DNA of 64,000 bases from an uncultured Chloroflexia bacterium (lineage in GTDB: Bacteria; Chloroflexota; Limnocylindria; Limnocylindrales; CSP1-4), in contig CAVVJT010000004.1 in assembly GCA_963748625.1 (NCBI GenBank), forward strand, positions 512,001 through 576,000. The letters run 5' to 3'. The notes beneath the pieces are model-generated. The model was not told the DNA's origin. It did not search any database and saw only the letters and a list, made by a program, of their open reading frames with translations. How positions within the stretch are numbered: position 1 is the stretch's first letter; the number at the start of each line of letters is the position of its first letter. Below, piece by piece: positions 8,165 through 17,417 of the stretch. The translations under genes were made by a program, and so were the position numbers.

Positions 8165-9181
8165 GTGTCCGAACCCGTGCCCGTGCCCCGGTCCTCAGGC
8201 GAGGCCGACCGCCGCCCCGACATCGAGGGCGACGCGCGCGATCCGTCTGCGGCGCCCGACCCCCGCGAGCACCCCGCCGATCCCCTGCGATTCCGGGCCG
8301 ACATCGAGGCCGAGATCGCCGCAGAAGTGGACGAGGGCGAGGCGGTGGTCGCCGCGGACGACGAGGACACCTGGACCGACGACGACCTCGGCGAGGGCGA
8401 CGGCGTCGATGGCGACGACGACGGTGACGGGGCCACGTCCATCGCCGACCTTGGCCTGCCGATGCCCGTACTCCCCGAGCATGCGGCTCTGGAGCTCCTG
8501 CGCAGCGGCGAGCTCGAGATCGTCGGCCGCCTGTGGGCGTCCACCAACAACGCCATGCTGGGCACCGTCCGCCTGGGCGACCTCGTGGCCACCTGCATCT
8601 ACAAGCCGGTCGCCGGCGAGCGGCCCCTGGCGGACTTCCCCGACGGCACGCTGGCCCGGCGCGAGGTGGCGGCGTTCGAGGTGTCCCGCTTCGCCGGCTT
8701 CGGCATCGTCCCGCCGACGATCCTGCGCGACGGACCCTACGGCGAGGGCATGCTCCAGCTCTGGATCCGTGCCGACGACGCGGCTGATCCGGTCGAGATG
8801 GTCATCGGCGAGGACGCGCGCCTGCGATCCGTCGCGGTGTTCGACGCCGCGGTCAACAACACCGACCGCAAGGCGGGCCACCTGGTGGTCGTGCCGGGTG
8901 GCCACGTGTACGGCGTGGACCACGGGGTGACGTTCTCGCCCGTGCCGAAGCTGCGCACGGTGCTCTGGGCCTGGCGCGGAGAGACATTCAGCGCCGAGGA
9001 GCTGGAGCGGCTCGGCACCATCCGTGATGGGCTGGCGGGGGACCTTGGCGGCACGCTGCGGGCGCTCCTCGACCCGATCGAGGTCAATGCGACGGCACGC
9101 CGGATCGACCGCCTGCTCGAGGCGGGCACGTTCCCCCACCCCGACCCGCGTCGGCCCGCCCTGCCCTGGCCACCAGTCTGA
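8165..9181 (+). CDS. SCO1664 family protein (PI3/4-kinase-like)
   Basis: YKPVAGERPLADFPDGTLARREVAA, NNTDRKAGH, GVDHGVTF, KLRTVLW, PWPPV, plus an acidic N-terminal extension. Confidence 0.9.
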   Translation: MSEPVPVPRSSGEADRRPDIEGDARDPSAAPDPREHPADPLRFRADIEAEIAAEVDEGEAVVAADDEDTWTDDDLGEGDGVDGDDDGDGATSIADLGLPMPVLPEHAALELLRSGELEIVGRLWASTNNAMLGTVRLGDLVATCIYKPVAGERPLADFPDGTLARREVAAFEVSRFAGFGIVPPTILRDGPYGEGMLQLWIRADDAADPVEMVIGEDARLRSVAVFDAAVNNTDRKAGHLVVVPGGHVYGVDHGVTFSPVPKLRTVLWAWRGETFSAEELERLGTIRDGLAGDLGGTLRALLDPIEVNATARRIDRLLEAGTFPHPDPRRPALPWPPV

Positions 9182-9208
9182 CCTCGCGGCGTGCCGATCC
9201 GGGCGCTG

Positions 9209-9910
9209 CTAGGCCATGACCACCCGCCCGATCAGGACTCCGGAAAGCGCGGCCGCTCCCGCGATCCCCATCGTCTGGAGCGCGGTGCGGTAGACCGGCT
9301 CATGACCGATCCGCCCACGGGCGACCCCGAGCAGCGCCATGAGCACCCCCGTCACCACCAGCGAGACGAACCTCGCCGTCTCGATCGGAAAGAGCGCAAA
9401 AGGGATGACCGGGACACTCGCGGCGAACAGGTCCGCCACGAACATCCAGATCGCGTGGCTCCAGGGTGCGGAGCCCGCGCCGGGGGCCACGCCCAGGTCG
9501 AACGCCGAGACATACGCGAGGTGCGCCTCGGGATTGCGGGCAAAGGCGGCGATGACGCCCGCTGCCTCAGCCTCGGTGAAACCCGCCGCGGCGAGCTGCA
9601 CGCCGACGTGTGCCTGGGCGGCGGCCGGGTCGGCGGCGATCGAGTCGCGCGCCTTCGTCACGAGACCTGTCGACCTGCTGTGCTCCGAGTGCACGTCAAG
9701 ATAGGTGCCGGCCATCATCGACACGGCGCCCGAGATGGCGCCCGCGGCGCCGGCGAGCAGGACGATCCGGCTGTCGTTCGTGCTTGCCGCGACACCGAAG
9801 ACGAGTCCCGCCACTGAGACCGCGCCGTCCTCCATCCCGAAGGTGACGTCGCCAATGGACTCTTCCAGGGACGCGCGGATCCGCGAGAGGGTCCCGTCTG
9901 ACTGCGCCAC
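9209..9910 (-). CDS. VIT1/CCC1 family Fe/Mn transporter
   Basis: FGMEDGAVS...GAISGAVSMMAGTYL motif and about 5 TM helices. Confidence 0.88.
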   Translation of the reverse strand: MAQSDGTLSRIRASLEESIGDVTFGMEDGAVSVAGLVFGVAASTNDSRIVLLAGAAGAISGAVSMMAGTYLDVHSEHSRSTGLVTKARDSIAADPAAAQAHVGVQLAAAGFTEAEAAGVIAAFARNPEAHLAYVSAFDLGVAPGAGSAPWSHAIWMFVADLFAASVPVIPFALFPIETARFVSLVVTGVLMALLGVARGRIGHEPVYRTALQTMGIAGAAALSGVLIGRVVMA

Positions 9911-9974
9911 TGCTCAGGCTCCTTCCTGCTCGCCCACGACGGCCGAGTGTACCGGCCCGCCGACCCGCGTCTGG

Positions 9975-10438
9975 TCAGCCCCGAGCGAGGCGCATGATGC
10001 GGTCCGCGTGCGCAGGATGCACATCGGCGAGGGCCGCGCCGCCCTCGAACGTCACTGCGTCATCCGTGTAGGGCGGCGCCATGAACGTCGAGACCAGCGT
10101 CCAGGCGCCGAAGGACTCGCACGCCTGCCACGTGTCAGCCTCCACGATCACCTGGGGTCGCTCGCCGGCCTGCAGGTCCGGGCCCAGCACGGGCTCCGTG
10201 AGCGTCCCGTCCGGCGCGACCAGCAGGAACCGTGCCGGGGTCACCCGCGTGCCACGCCCAGATCTCCATGTGGGTCAGCCGGTGCAGATCCGGATGCCTC
10301 TGGCGCCGCCATCAGGTAGTGGATCGCCGACGATTGCCCGTCGTTCCACGTCTGGCCAGCCACGGCCGCCCTCGGGCTCGAGCGGCACGAGGCCGAGGAG
10401 CTCGGTGATGCGCTCGGGGGTGAGATCTGGTCAGCCAT
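9975..10438 (-). pseudogene. Cupin (DUF985/Cupin_5-like) gene broken by several frameshifts; pseudogene or sequencing errors
   Basis: Fragments in different frames: LTPERITELLGLVPLEPEGG / QTWNDGQSSAIHYLM / LHRLTHMEIWAWHAGDP / LLVAPDG...LGPDLQAGERPQVIVEADTWQA...TLVSTFMAPPY. Confidence 0.75.
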
Positions 10439-10539
10439 CGATCGATGCTACCGCCGACCCGGGCGCGACCGGCCACGGCGTCGCGCGACGGGCATGCCGG
10501 CGTGGCGTTCGTCGCCGAGAGGGACGGCGCGGCGCGCGA

Positions 10540-10651
10540 TCCCCCAGTCGGGCGTGGATTGCCCTCGTGGCCTCGTGGCTCACATGCCAACTCGACATTC
10601 GGGGCGCTGAGCTCCTCGTGCAACGCGGCGAGACGCCCCAATGCTGGGGGA
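10540..10651. repeat. 112-bp segment bounded by imperfect inverted repeats
   Basis: TCCCCCAGTCGGGCGT (10540-10555) vs revcomp of 10633-10651, TCCCCCAGCATTGGGGCGT. Confidence 0.45.
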
Positions 10652-10707
10652 CCGGGCACGAGCGCCGGGCGCACACGCCGAGTCCCGCGTTCGGGCACGA
10701 TGGGCGC

Positions 10708-12328
10708 ATGCGACGCTGGAACGGCTGGGGCGATGAGGCGGAGACCGCACACCTGGGCGACGGGCCGCGCGCGTGGCTGGAGCGTCGGGTCGGGCCCGGC
10801 ACCCCGCCGACCGACGCGACGCTCGCCGACGTGGTGGCCGATGTGCCACCCTCACGCCTCGACGCCGCCGGCGCCCCGGACGACGCCCGCCTCGACCTCG
10901 ACCCGGAGGCCCGCGTCCGCCATGCACGCGGCCAGTCCTTTCCAGATCTGATCGCCCTGCGCTCCGGACGCCTGGGCGCCGTGCCCGACGCGGTCGCCCG
11001 CCCGCAGTCGGCAGAGGGGGTCAGGTCCGTCATCGATCTCGCACGGGAGCGCGGCGCCCGCCTCGTCCCGTACGGCGGCGGCACCAGCGTGGTCGGCGGC
11101 ATCACCGTCCGCCCGATGCCCGACCCCGTGATCTCGGTGGACCTCTCGGACCTCGCCGGCGTCTCCGCCCTCGACGAGCGCAGCGGCCTCGTCACATGCG
11201 GCTCCGGCACCACTGGTCCCGCCCTCGCGGCACACCTGGCGCCATTCGGGCTCACCGTCGGCCACGAGCCCCAGTCATTCGAGCTGGCCACGGTGGGCGG
11301 CTGGGTGGCGGCGCGGGGCTCCGGGCTGCGCTCCTTCGGTCTCGGGCGGATCGAGGGTCTGTACGCGGGCGGCGGCCTCGAGGCACCGGCTGGGACGATG
11401 CGGATGCCGCCGTTCCCGGCATCGGCCGCCGGCCCTGACCTGCGCCAGATCGTGCTGGGCTCGGAGGGCCGACTCGGGATCCTGACCGATGTCGTGCTGC
11501 GCACCTCCCCGCTGCCCGAGGTGGACCGGTTCGAGGCCTGGGCGCTGCCGGGCTGGGATGCGGCGATGGACGCGGCCCGGAGCATCGCCCGCGAGCGCGT
11601 CCCGCTCACGACCCTCCGCGTGTCCACCCCGGCCGAGACGGCCACCCTGCTCGCCTTCGCCGACAAGGGCGACCCAGACCGATGCGCTGCGCGCGCTGCT
11701 GCGCCTCAAGCGCCAGCCCAGGCGCTGGTCGCTCCTGCTCACGGGCGCGTCGGGGCGCAAGCGCGTGGCCAAGGCCGCCCGCGACGAGGCTGCGTCGATC
11801 ATCCGCAGGCACGGCGGCACCGGCGTGCCCGGCATCGCGAGCGCCTGGTCGCGCACCCGCTTCCGCTCGCCCTACCTGCGCACCACCCTCTGGACGAAGG
11901 GCTACGCGTCCGACACGCTCGAGACGGCCACAGACTGGACCCGGGTGCCCGGTCTCCTGGCGCGCCTGGAGGCCGCCGTTTCCCATGCGCTGATCCCGGC
12001 CACCGGGGAGCGGGTGCACGTGTTCACGCACCTGTCGCACCTCTACCCCACCGGCTCGAGCCTGTACCTCACCTTCATCTTCCGGCTCGCCGCCGACCCG
12101 GACGCCACCCTGGAGCGCTGGCAGACGATCAAGGCGGCGGCCTCGGCCGTGATCGCGGCCGAGCAGGCGACCATCACCCATCACCACGGTGTGGGCCACG
12201 ATCACGCGCCGTACCTGGCAGCCGAGAAGGGGCCGCTCGGGATGGCCGCGCTCGAGGCGGTCGCCCGGACGTTCGACCCCGACGGGATCATGAACCCGGG
12301 CGTGCTCCTCACGGACGAAGGCCGGTGA
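10708..12328 (+). CDS. FAD-binding oxidoreductase, alkyl-DHAP synthase (AGPS)-like; +1 frameshift near 11667-11669
   Basis: MRRWNGWG, PYGGGTSVVGG, GHEPQSFELATVGGW, GSEGRLG in the first frame. TLETATDW, HLSHLYPTGSSLY, ITHHHGVG, DPDGIMNPG in the second. Removing one G from GGG joins them. Confidence 0.85.
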
Positions 12329-12350
12329 CCGCCGCACCGGGTGGCCGACG

Positions 12351-13913
12351 GTGACCGCCGACCGGATCCTGGCCCTCGACGTTGGGACCCAGAGCGTCCG
12401 GGCCATGGTCGTCGACGCGGCCGGCAACCTCCTCGCCAGGACCAAGGTCCCCATCGAGGCCTACGTCCCGGGCGAGCCGGGTGTGTGCGAGCAGGACCCG
12501 CAGGTGTACTGGGACGCGCTCGCCGAGGCCTGCCGCCGCCTCTGGGAGCACCCGGAGGCCCGACGGGACGCCCTGGCCGGCGTCGCCCTGACCACGCAGC
12601 GGGGCACGGTGGTGATCACCGACGAAGCCGGCCGGCCGCTGCGCAGGGCCATGGTCTGGCTGGACCGCCGCCGCGTCGAGGGCCTGCCGCGGATGGGCGG
12701 CAAGTGGGGTCTCGCGTTCCGGGCGCTCGGCGTCACCGAGACGGTCGCCACGTTCCGCGCCGAAGCCGAGGCCAACCTGCTCGCCCGGGACGAGCCGGCC
12801 ACGTGGGCCCGGACGAGGCACTTCCTGTTCCTGTCGGGCTACCTCGTCCACGGTCTGACGGGCCGCTTCGTGGACTCGGTGGCGTCGCAGGTGGGCTACG
12901 TCCCGTTCGACTACAAGGCACAGGCGTGGGCGAAGGGCGGCGACTGGAAGTGGGAGGCGATCCCGGTCGATCCGGCCTGGCTGCCCGAGCTGGTGCCGCC
13001 GGGGCAGGTCCTGGGCACGATCACCAAGCACGCAGCGGCGATGACGGGCATCCCCGAGGGGCTGCCGCTCCTGGCGACGGCCGGCGACAAGGCGTGCGAG
13101 GTGCTGGGCTCCGGTGCGCTGGACCCCCATGTCGGCGCGGTGTCGCTGGGCACGACCGCCTCGTTCAACACGACACACGAGCGGTACGTCGAGGTCATCC
13201 CGATGGTCCCGCCATACCCGGCCGCGGTGCCCGGCCGCTACAGCCTCGAGGTGAACGTCTACCGCGGCTACTGGATGATCGAGTGGTTCAAGCGCGAGTT
13301 CGGGAGCTCCGAGGTAGCCCGGGCGCGGGAGCTGGGCGTGGACGCGGAGTCCCTCTTCGACGAGCTGGTCGCAGCGACGCCACCCGGCTCGATGGGCCTC
13401 GTGCTGCAGCCGTACTGGTCGCCCGGCGTGCGCATCCCCGGCCCCGAGGCGAAGGGTGCCGTCATCGGCTGGGGTGACGTCCACACCCGCGCCCACCTGT
13501 ACCGCGCCATCCTCGAGGGCCTTGCGTATGCGCTGCGCGACGGCGCCGAGCGCACGGTGCGACGCACGAAGGTGCCCGTGACTGAGGTTCGCGTGTCAGG
13601 CGGCGGGTCGCAGAGTCCGGCGGCCGTCCAGCTCACCGCCGACATCTTCGGCCTGCCCGCATCGCGCCCGCACACGCACGAGACCTCCGGGCTGGGTGCG
13701 GCCATCGATGCCGCCGTCGGACTGGGGCTGCATCCGACGTTCGAAGCGGCCGTCACAGCCATGACGCGCGTGGCCGAGACGCGCGATCCCGACTCGGCGA
13801 ACCATGCGATCTACGAGGACCTCTACCGCAACGTCTACCTGCGGATGTACGAGCGGTTGCGCCCGCTGTACGAGGAGATCCGTCGGATCACGGGCTACCC
13901 GCCGGAGGTTTGA
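12351..13913 (+). CDS. FGGY-family carbohydrate kinase
   Basis: LALDVGTQSVRA, TTQRGT, GDKACEVLG, SLGTT, RAILEG, SGGGSQS. Confidence 0.9.
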   Translation: MTADRILALDVGTQSVRAMVVDAAGNLLARTKVPIEAYVPGEPGVCEQDPQVYWDALAEACRRLWEHPEARRDALAGVALTTQRGTVVITDEAGRPLRRAMVWLDRRRVEGLPRMGGKWGLAFRALGVTETVATFRAEAEANLLARDEPATWARTRHFLFLSGYLVHGLTGRFVDSVASQVGYVPFDYKAQAWAKGGDWKWEAIPVDPAWLPELVPPGQVLGTITKHAAAMTGIPEGLPLLATAGDKACEVLGSGALDPHVGAVSLGTTASFNTTHERYVEVIPMVPPYPAAVPGRYSLEVNVYRGYWMIEWFKREFGSSEVARARELGVDAESLFDELVAATPPGSMGLVLQPYWSPGVRIPGPEAKGAVIGWGDVHTRAHLYRAILEGLAYALRDGAERTVRRTKVPVTEVRVSGGGSQSPAAVQLTADIFGLPASRPHTHETSGLGAAIDAAVGLGLHPTFEAAVTAMTRVAETRDPDSANHAIYEDLYRNVYLRMYERLRPLYEEIRRITGYPPEV

Positions 13914-13993
13914 GACGACTGCCCCCGACACCTGCACGGTGGCCCGGTGGTGGAATCGCAACACGACCCGAACAGGCTGCTAACCGGGTGTGG

Positions 13994-14022
13994 TTGACAG
14001 GATCTGCGCTGGGGCTGATGAT
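13994..14022 (+). promoter_or_regulatory. sigma70-type promoter
   Basis: Perfect TTGACA (13994-13999), 17-bp spacer, GATGAT (14017-14022). Confidence 0.65.
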
Positions 14023-14197
14023 TCCGGCATCGCCCGATGACACGCGGCCGCCAGGTCGACGCTCAACACGCGCAACCGCCGCCGCGCCGGGTCCATCAAG
14101 TTCGCCACTCCGGCCTCCGTTCAGATTCGGGCCGTTGGAGTGGCAGGGATCGCCCGTCCCAACCCGACGGACGCCCGGAAAGGAAACCGCACCACTC

Positions 14198-14386
14198 ATG
14201 TTGTCCCGCGCCACCACGAATGCCGTGGCGCATCGCGCATCCTCCATGCGCCGCATGCGCCGCCGTACCACCACGGCGACCCGGCTCTACTGCGCCACCA
14301 ACGGCTGCACCACCTACCTTGTCGTCGATGACTTCGGCCAGGTCGCCTACTGCGAGATCTGCGGCTACACCCGCAAGCTCGCCTGA
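14198..14386 (+). CDS. Small basic Zn-ribbon protein (62 aa)
   Basis: GAAAGGAA RBS upstream. MLSRATTN...MRRMRRR...YCATNGC...YCEICGYTRKLA. Has its own promoter and terminator. Confidence 0.7.
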   Translation: MLSRATTNAVAHRASSMRRMRRRTTTATRLYCATNGCTTYLVVDDFGQVAYCEICGYTRKLA

Positions 14387-14465
14387 GCGACTGCCAACCA
14401 CATCCGCGACAACCAACCAGACTCGGCTCCGCGGCCGGAGCGTCCCGCCTCTCGCCCGAGCCTCC

Positions 14466-14500
14466 AGCGGCCGGTCCCTCCGGGGGCCGGCCGCTTCTTC
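14466..14500 (+). terminator. Intrinsic terminator
   Basis: 13-bp stem AGCGGCCGGTCCC/GGGGCCGGCCGCT with a TCCG loop, followed by TCTTC. Confidence 0.65.
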
Positions 14501-14618
14501 GTGCTGTCCTCCAATCCGCCGCGCGCCGGACCCCGAAGTAGAGGGCAGGAGTCGACACCCACCCATCGGTCACCCGAGCGACCGGACAGCCCCCGTCACG
14601 TCCCATGGAGACTGCCTG

Positions 14619-15437
14619 ATGCGCACCTCTCGCCTCGCCGGACTCGTTGCTGCCGGAGCCCTTGCCCTCGTCACCGCGATCCCTGTCTCGGCCGCGGACA
14701 CCACCATGGTCCGGGTCCTCCATGCCTCGCCGGATGCTCCGGCCGTCGACATCTGGGTCGACGGGGACCTCACCCTCGAAGACGTGCCCTTCAAGACCCT
14801 CAGCAACTACCTGAAGCTCCCGGCCGGCGAGCACCAGATCGTCGTCGTCGTGGCCGGCACCACCGAGCCCGCGGTCATCGACGCAAGCCCGACGTTCGAG
14901 GCCGGCAAGAAGTACACGGTTGCTGCAACGGGCTTCGTCGCCGACATCAAGCCTGAGGTCTTCGTCGACAACGGCAAGGCCATTGACGGCTCCTCCAAGC
15001 TCCGCGTTGTCCACCTCTCGCCCGATGCACCCGCTGTTGACGTCGCCGTCAAGGGCCAGACCCCGGACCAGGCTCCGGTCCAGGATCTCGTGTTCCCCGA
15101 GGCCACCGGCTACCTCAAGCTCGCTCCGGCCACCTATGACTTCGAGGTCCGCCTCGCGGGCACGGAGACCGTCGCCCTCCAGCTCGACGGCGTCAAGCTC
15201 GAGAGCGGCAAGAACTACTCGGTCTTCGCCGTCGGCAGCGCGTCCGCGGAAGCCCCTGATGGACAGGAGCTGACCGTGGTGGTTGGCGTCGACGGTGTTG
15301 CTGCGCCGGCCACGGACACCATCGGCACGGAGACCGCCCCCGCCGGCAACGGCCTGGCGCTGGTCGCCCTCGTGGTCGCCGCGATCGCCGGCCTCGCCCT
15401 GTCAGTCCGCTTCGCACCGGCGCGCGCCCGCCGCTGA
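14619..15437 (+). CDS. Secreted DUF4397 domain protein with a C-terminal sorting-signal-like tail
   Basis: Signal peptide, two VRVLHASPDAPAVD-type repeats, then APATDT + spacer + TM helix + ARARR. GGAG RBS. Confidence 0.88.
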   Translation: MRTSRLAGLVAAGALALVTAIPVSAADTTMVRVLHASPDAPAVDIWVDGDLTLEDVPFKTLSNYLKLPAGEHQIVVVVAGTTEPAVIDASPTFEAGKKYTVAATGFVADIKPEVFVDNGKAIDGSSKLRVVHLSPDAPAVDVAVKGQTPDQAPVQDLVFPEATGYLKLAPATYDFEVRLAGTETVALQLDGVKLESGKNYSVFAVGSASAEAPDGQELTVVVGVDGVAAPATDTIGTETAPAGNGLALVALVVAAIAGLALSVRFAPARARR

Positions 15438-15457
15438 TCTCCAGCTCCCTCCTCGCT

Positions 15458-15493
15458 CCGAACGCCCCGGGTCGCCCGACCCGGGGCGTTCGG
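15458..15493 (+). terminator. Strong hairpin terminator
   Basis: 17-bp perfect inverted repeat CCGAACGCCCCGGGTCG/CGACCCGGGGCGTTCGG, 20 nt after the stop codon. Confidence 0.7.
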
Positions 15494-15641
15494 CTGTCCG
15501 GCGTCCTCCGGTCGCGGGGTAACCGGGTGTCGCTCGCACGTCGGCCCGCGACGCGCGACGGCCTCCCGCGGGCCACCACGGCGCGGCATCATCGTCGCCA
15601 CACGAGCCGGCCGGCGTGCAGGCCGGAGAGGAGACCACGCG

Positions 15642-17003
15642 ATGAGCCCGCGCACCCTTGACCGCGCCCGCCTGGAGCGGCTGATGGCCGACGAGATGGC
15701 CGCCTTCGAAGCCGGCAACCCACGCTCCCGCGAGCTGTACCAGCGCGCGCAGGACTCGCTGCTCGACGGCGTCCCGATGAACTGGATGATCAAGTGGGCG
15801 GGTGCCTATCCCCTGTTCGTCGAGGAGGCGTGGGGCGCCCGGTTCCGCGACGTGGACGGCCACGAGTACGTCGACTTCTGCCTGGGCGACACGGGTGCGA
15901 TGGCGGGGCATGGCCCTGAGGCCACGCGCCTTGCCGTCGAGGCCCAGATGCGCAAGGGCATCACCCACATGCTGCCCACCGAGGACGCGATCGTCGCCGC
16001 CGATGAGCTGCGCCGCAGGTTCGGCGTCCGCTACTGGCAGTTCACGCTCACGGCCACGGACGCCAACCGGTTCGTGATCCGGCTCGCCCGCCACATCACT
16101 GGCCGCTCCAAGGTCCTCGTCCACAACCACTGCTACCACGGGTCGGTGGACGAGACATTCGCCGTCATCGACACCGACGGCGGTGTCATCGCGCGGCCCG
16201 GCAACATCGGCAAGCCCGTGGCGCTCGCCGAGACCACGCGGGTCGTGGAGATCAACGATCTCGAAGGCCTCGAGCGCGAGCTCAGCAAGGGCGATGTCGC
16301 AGTCTGCCTCTTCGAGCCTGCCCTCACCAACGTGGGCATCGTGCTGCCGGATCCCGGCTACCACGAGGCCGTCCGAGCGCTGACCCGCAAGTACGGGACA
16401 CTCCTCGTCAACGACGAGACCCACACGATCTGCGCGGGTCCCGGCGGCTACACCGGCGCCTACGACCTCCAGCCCGACATCGTGACGATCGGCAAGACCA
16501 TCGGCGGCGGCATCCCCTCGGCGGCGTACGGCTTCACGGACGAGGTCGCGGCGCGGGTGTCGGCATCGATCGAGCGGGAGGACTGCGACGTCGGCGGCAT
16601 CGGCGGGACCCTCGCCGGGAATGCGCTCTCGCTCGCGGCCGTGCGCGCGACGCTCACCCAGGTGCTCACGGACGAGGCATTCGAGCGGATGATCCCGCTC
16701 GCCGAGCGCTTCGAGGCCGGCGTGAACGACGTCCTGGCCCGCCACGACGTCCCCTGGCACGTCACCCGCCTGGGCTGCCGCGCGGAGTACCACTTCCTCC
16801 CGGACAAGCCGCGCAACGGCTCCGACCTGCACGATGCGATGGACCCCGAGCTGGAGCGGTTCCTGCACCTGTGGGCGATGAACCGGGGCATCCTCATGAC
16901 GCCGTTCCACAACATGGCCCTGATGTCGCCCGCGACCACCGAGGCCGACGTGGACCGCCACACCGAGGTGTTCGAGGCAGCCGTGAGGGCGCTCTTCGAC
17001 TGA
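15642..17003 (+). CDS. Class III PLP-dependent aminotransferase (GSA aminomutase-like)
   Basis: DVDGHEYVDFCLGD, CYHGSVD, FEPALTNVG, NDETHT, TIGKTIGGG (PLP lysine), GGTLAGN. Confidence 0.9.
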   Translation: MSPRTLDRARLERLMADEMAAFEAGNPRSRELYQRAQDSLLDGVPMNWMIKWAGAYPLFVEEAWGARFRDVDGHEYVDFCLGDTGAMAGHGPEATRLAVEAQMRKGITHMLPTEDAIVAADELRRRFGVRYWQFTLTATDANRFVIRLARHITGRSKVLVHNHCYHGSVDETFAVIDTDGGVIARPGNIGKPVALAETTRVVEINDLEGLERELSKGDVAVCLFEPALTNVGIVLPDPGYHEAVRALTRKYGTLLVNDETHTICAGPGGYTGAYDLQPDIVTIGKTIGGGIPSAAYGFTDEVAARVSASIEREDCDVGGIGGTLAGNALSLAAVRATLTQVLTDEAFERMIPLAERFEAGVNDVLARHDVPWHVTRLGCRAEYHFLPDKPRNGSDLHDAMDPELERFLHLWAMNRGILMTPFHNMALMSPATTEADVDRHTEVFEAAVRALFD

Positions 17004-17417
17004 TCGTCACCGGGCGCCGGGGGCCCGCTGGGTCACCGTGCCGGCACACGAGCCGCCGTTCCCGGGTCCTGTCGCCCTCCGGCTGCGCGCCAGACGGTCA
17101 CACGGTGCAGCCGGAGCGCTCGATGCGCGGCTCGTGCGCAGGTCGTGCCGTCGGGACCTTGCCGGAGCGCACGGGCGGCGCGCCAGGCGCACAACAAGCG
17201 ACGTCACCGCTCCGTGTGCGCGGCTGTTGCGCACGGCAGCGGTCGCCGTGGGAGACGCCCGGTGCTACCGCTCGCGATCAGCGCCATCAACCTAGTTGGT
17301 GACGGACTCCTCGTTGTCACCAACGTCGCGGGAGGCCGGTGCCAGGCATGGCGGCACGAGACACTCGTGCCGTATCGCCACAGATCTGTGTCGCCACGCC
17401 CGGCGTGGCCCCAAGGG

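Noticed and set aside
11660-11680. Programmed frameshifting in the AGPS-like gene (also considered for aceE)
   Set aside because: No slippery heptamer or stimulatory structure seen, and the pattern matches +1 homopolymer errors.
14015-14021. Hammerhead ribozyme core CTGATGA
   Set aside because: No properly placed GAAA or stems. The sequence is better explained as the -10 element 17 bp from TTGACA.
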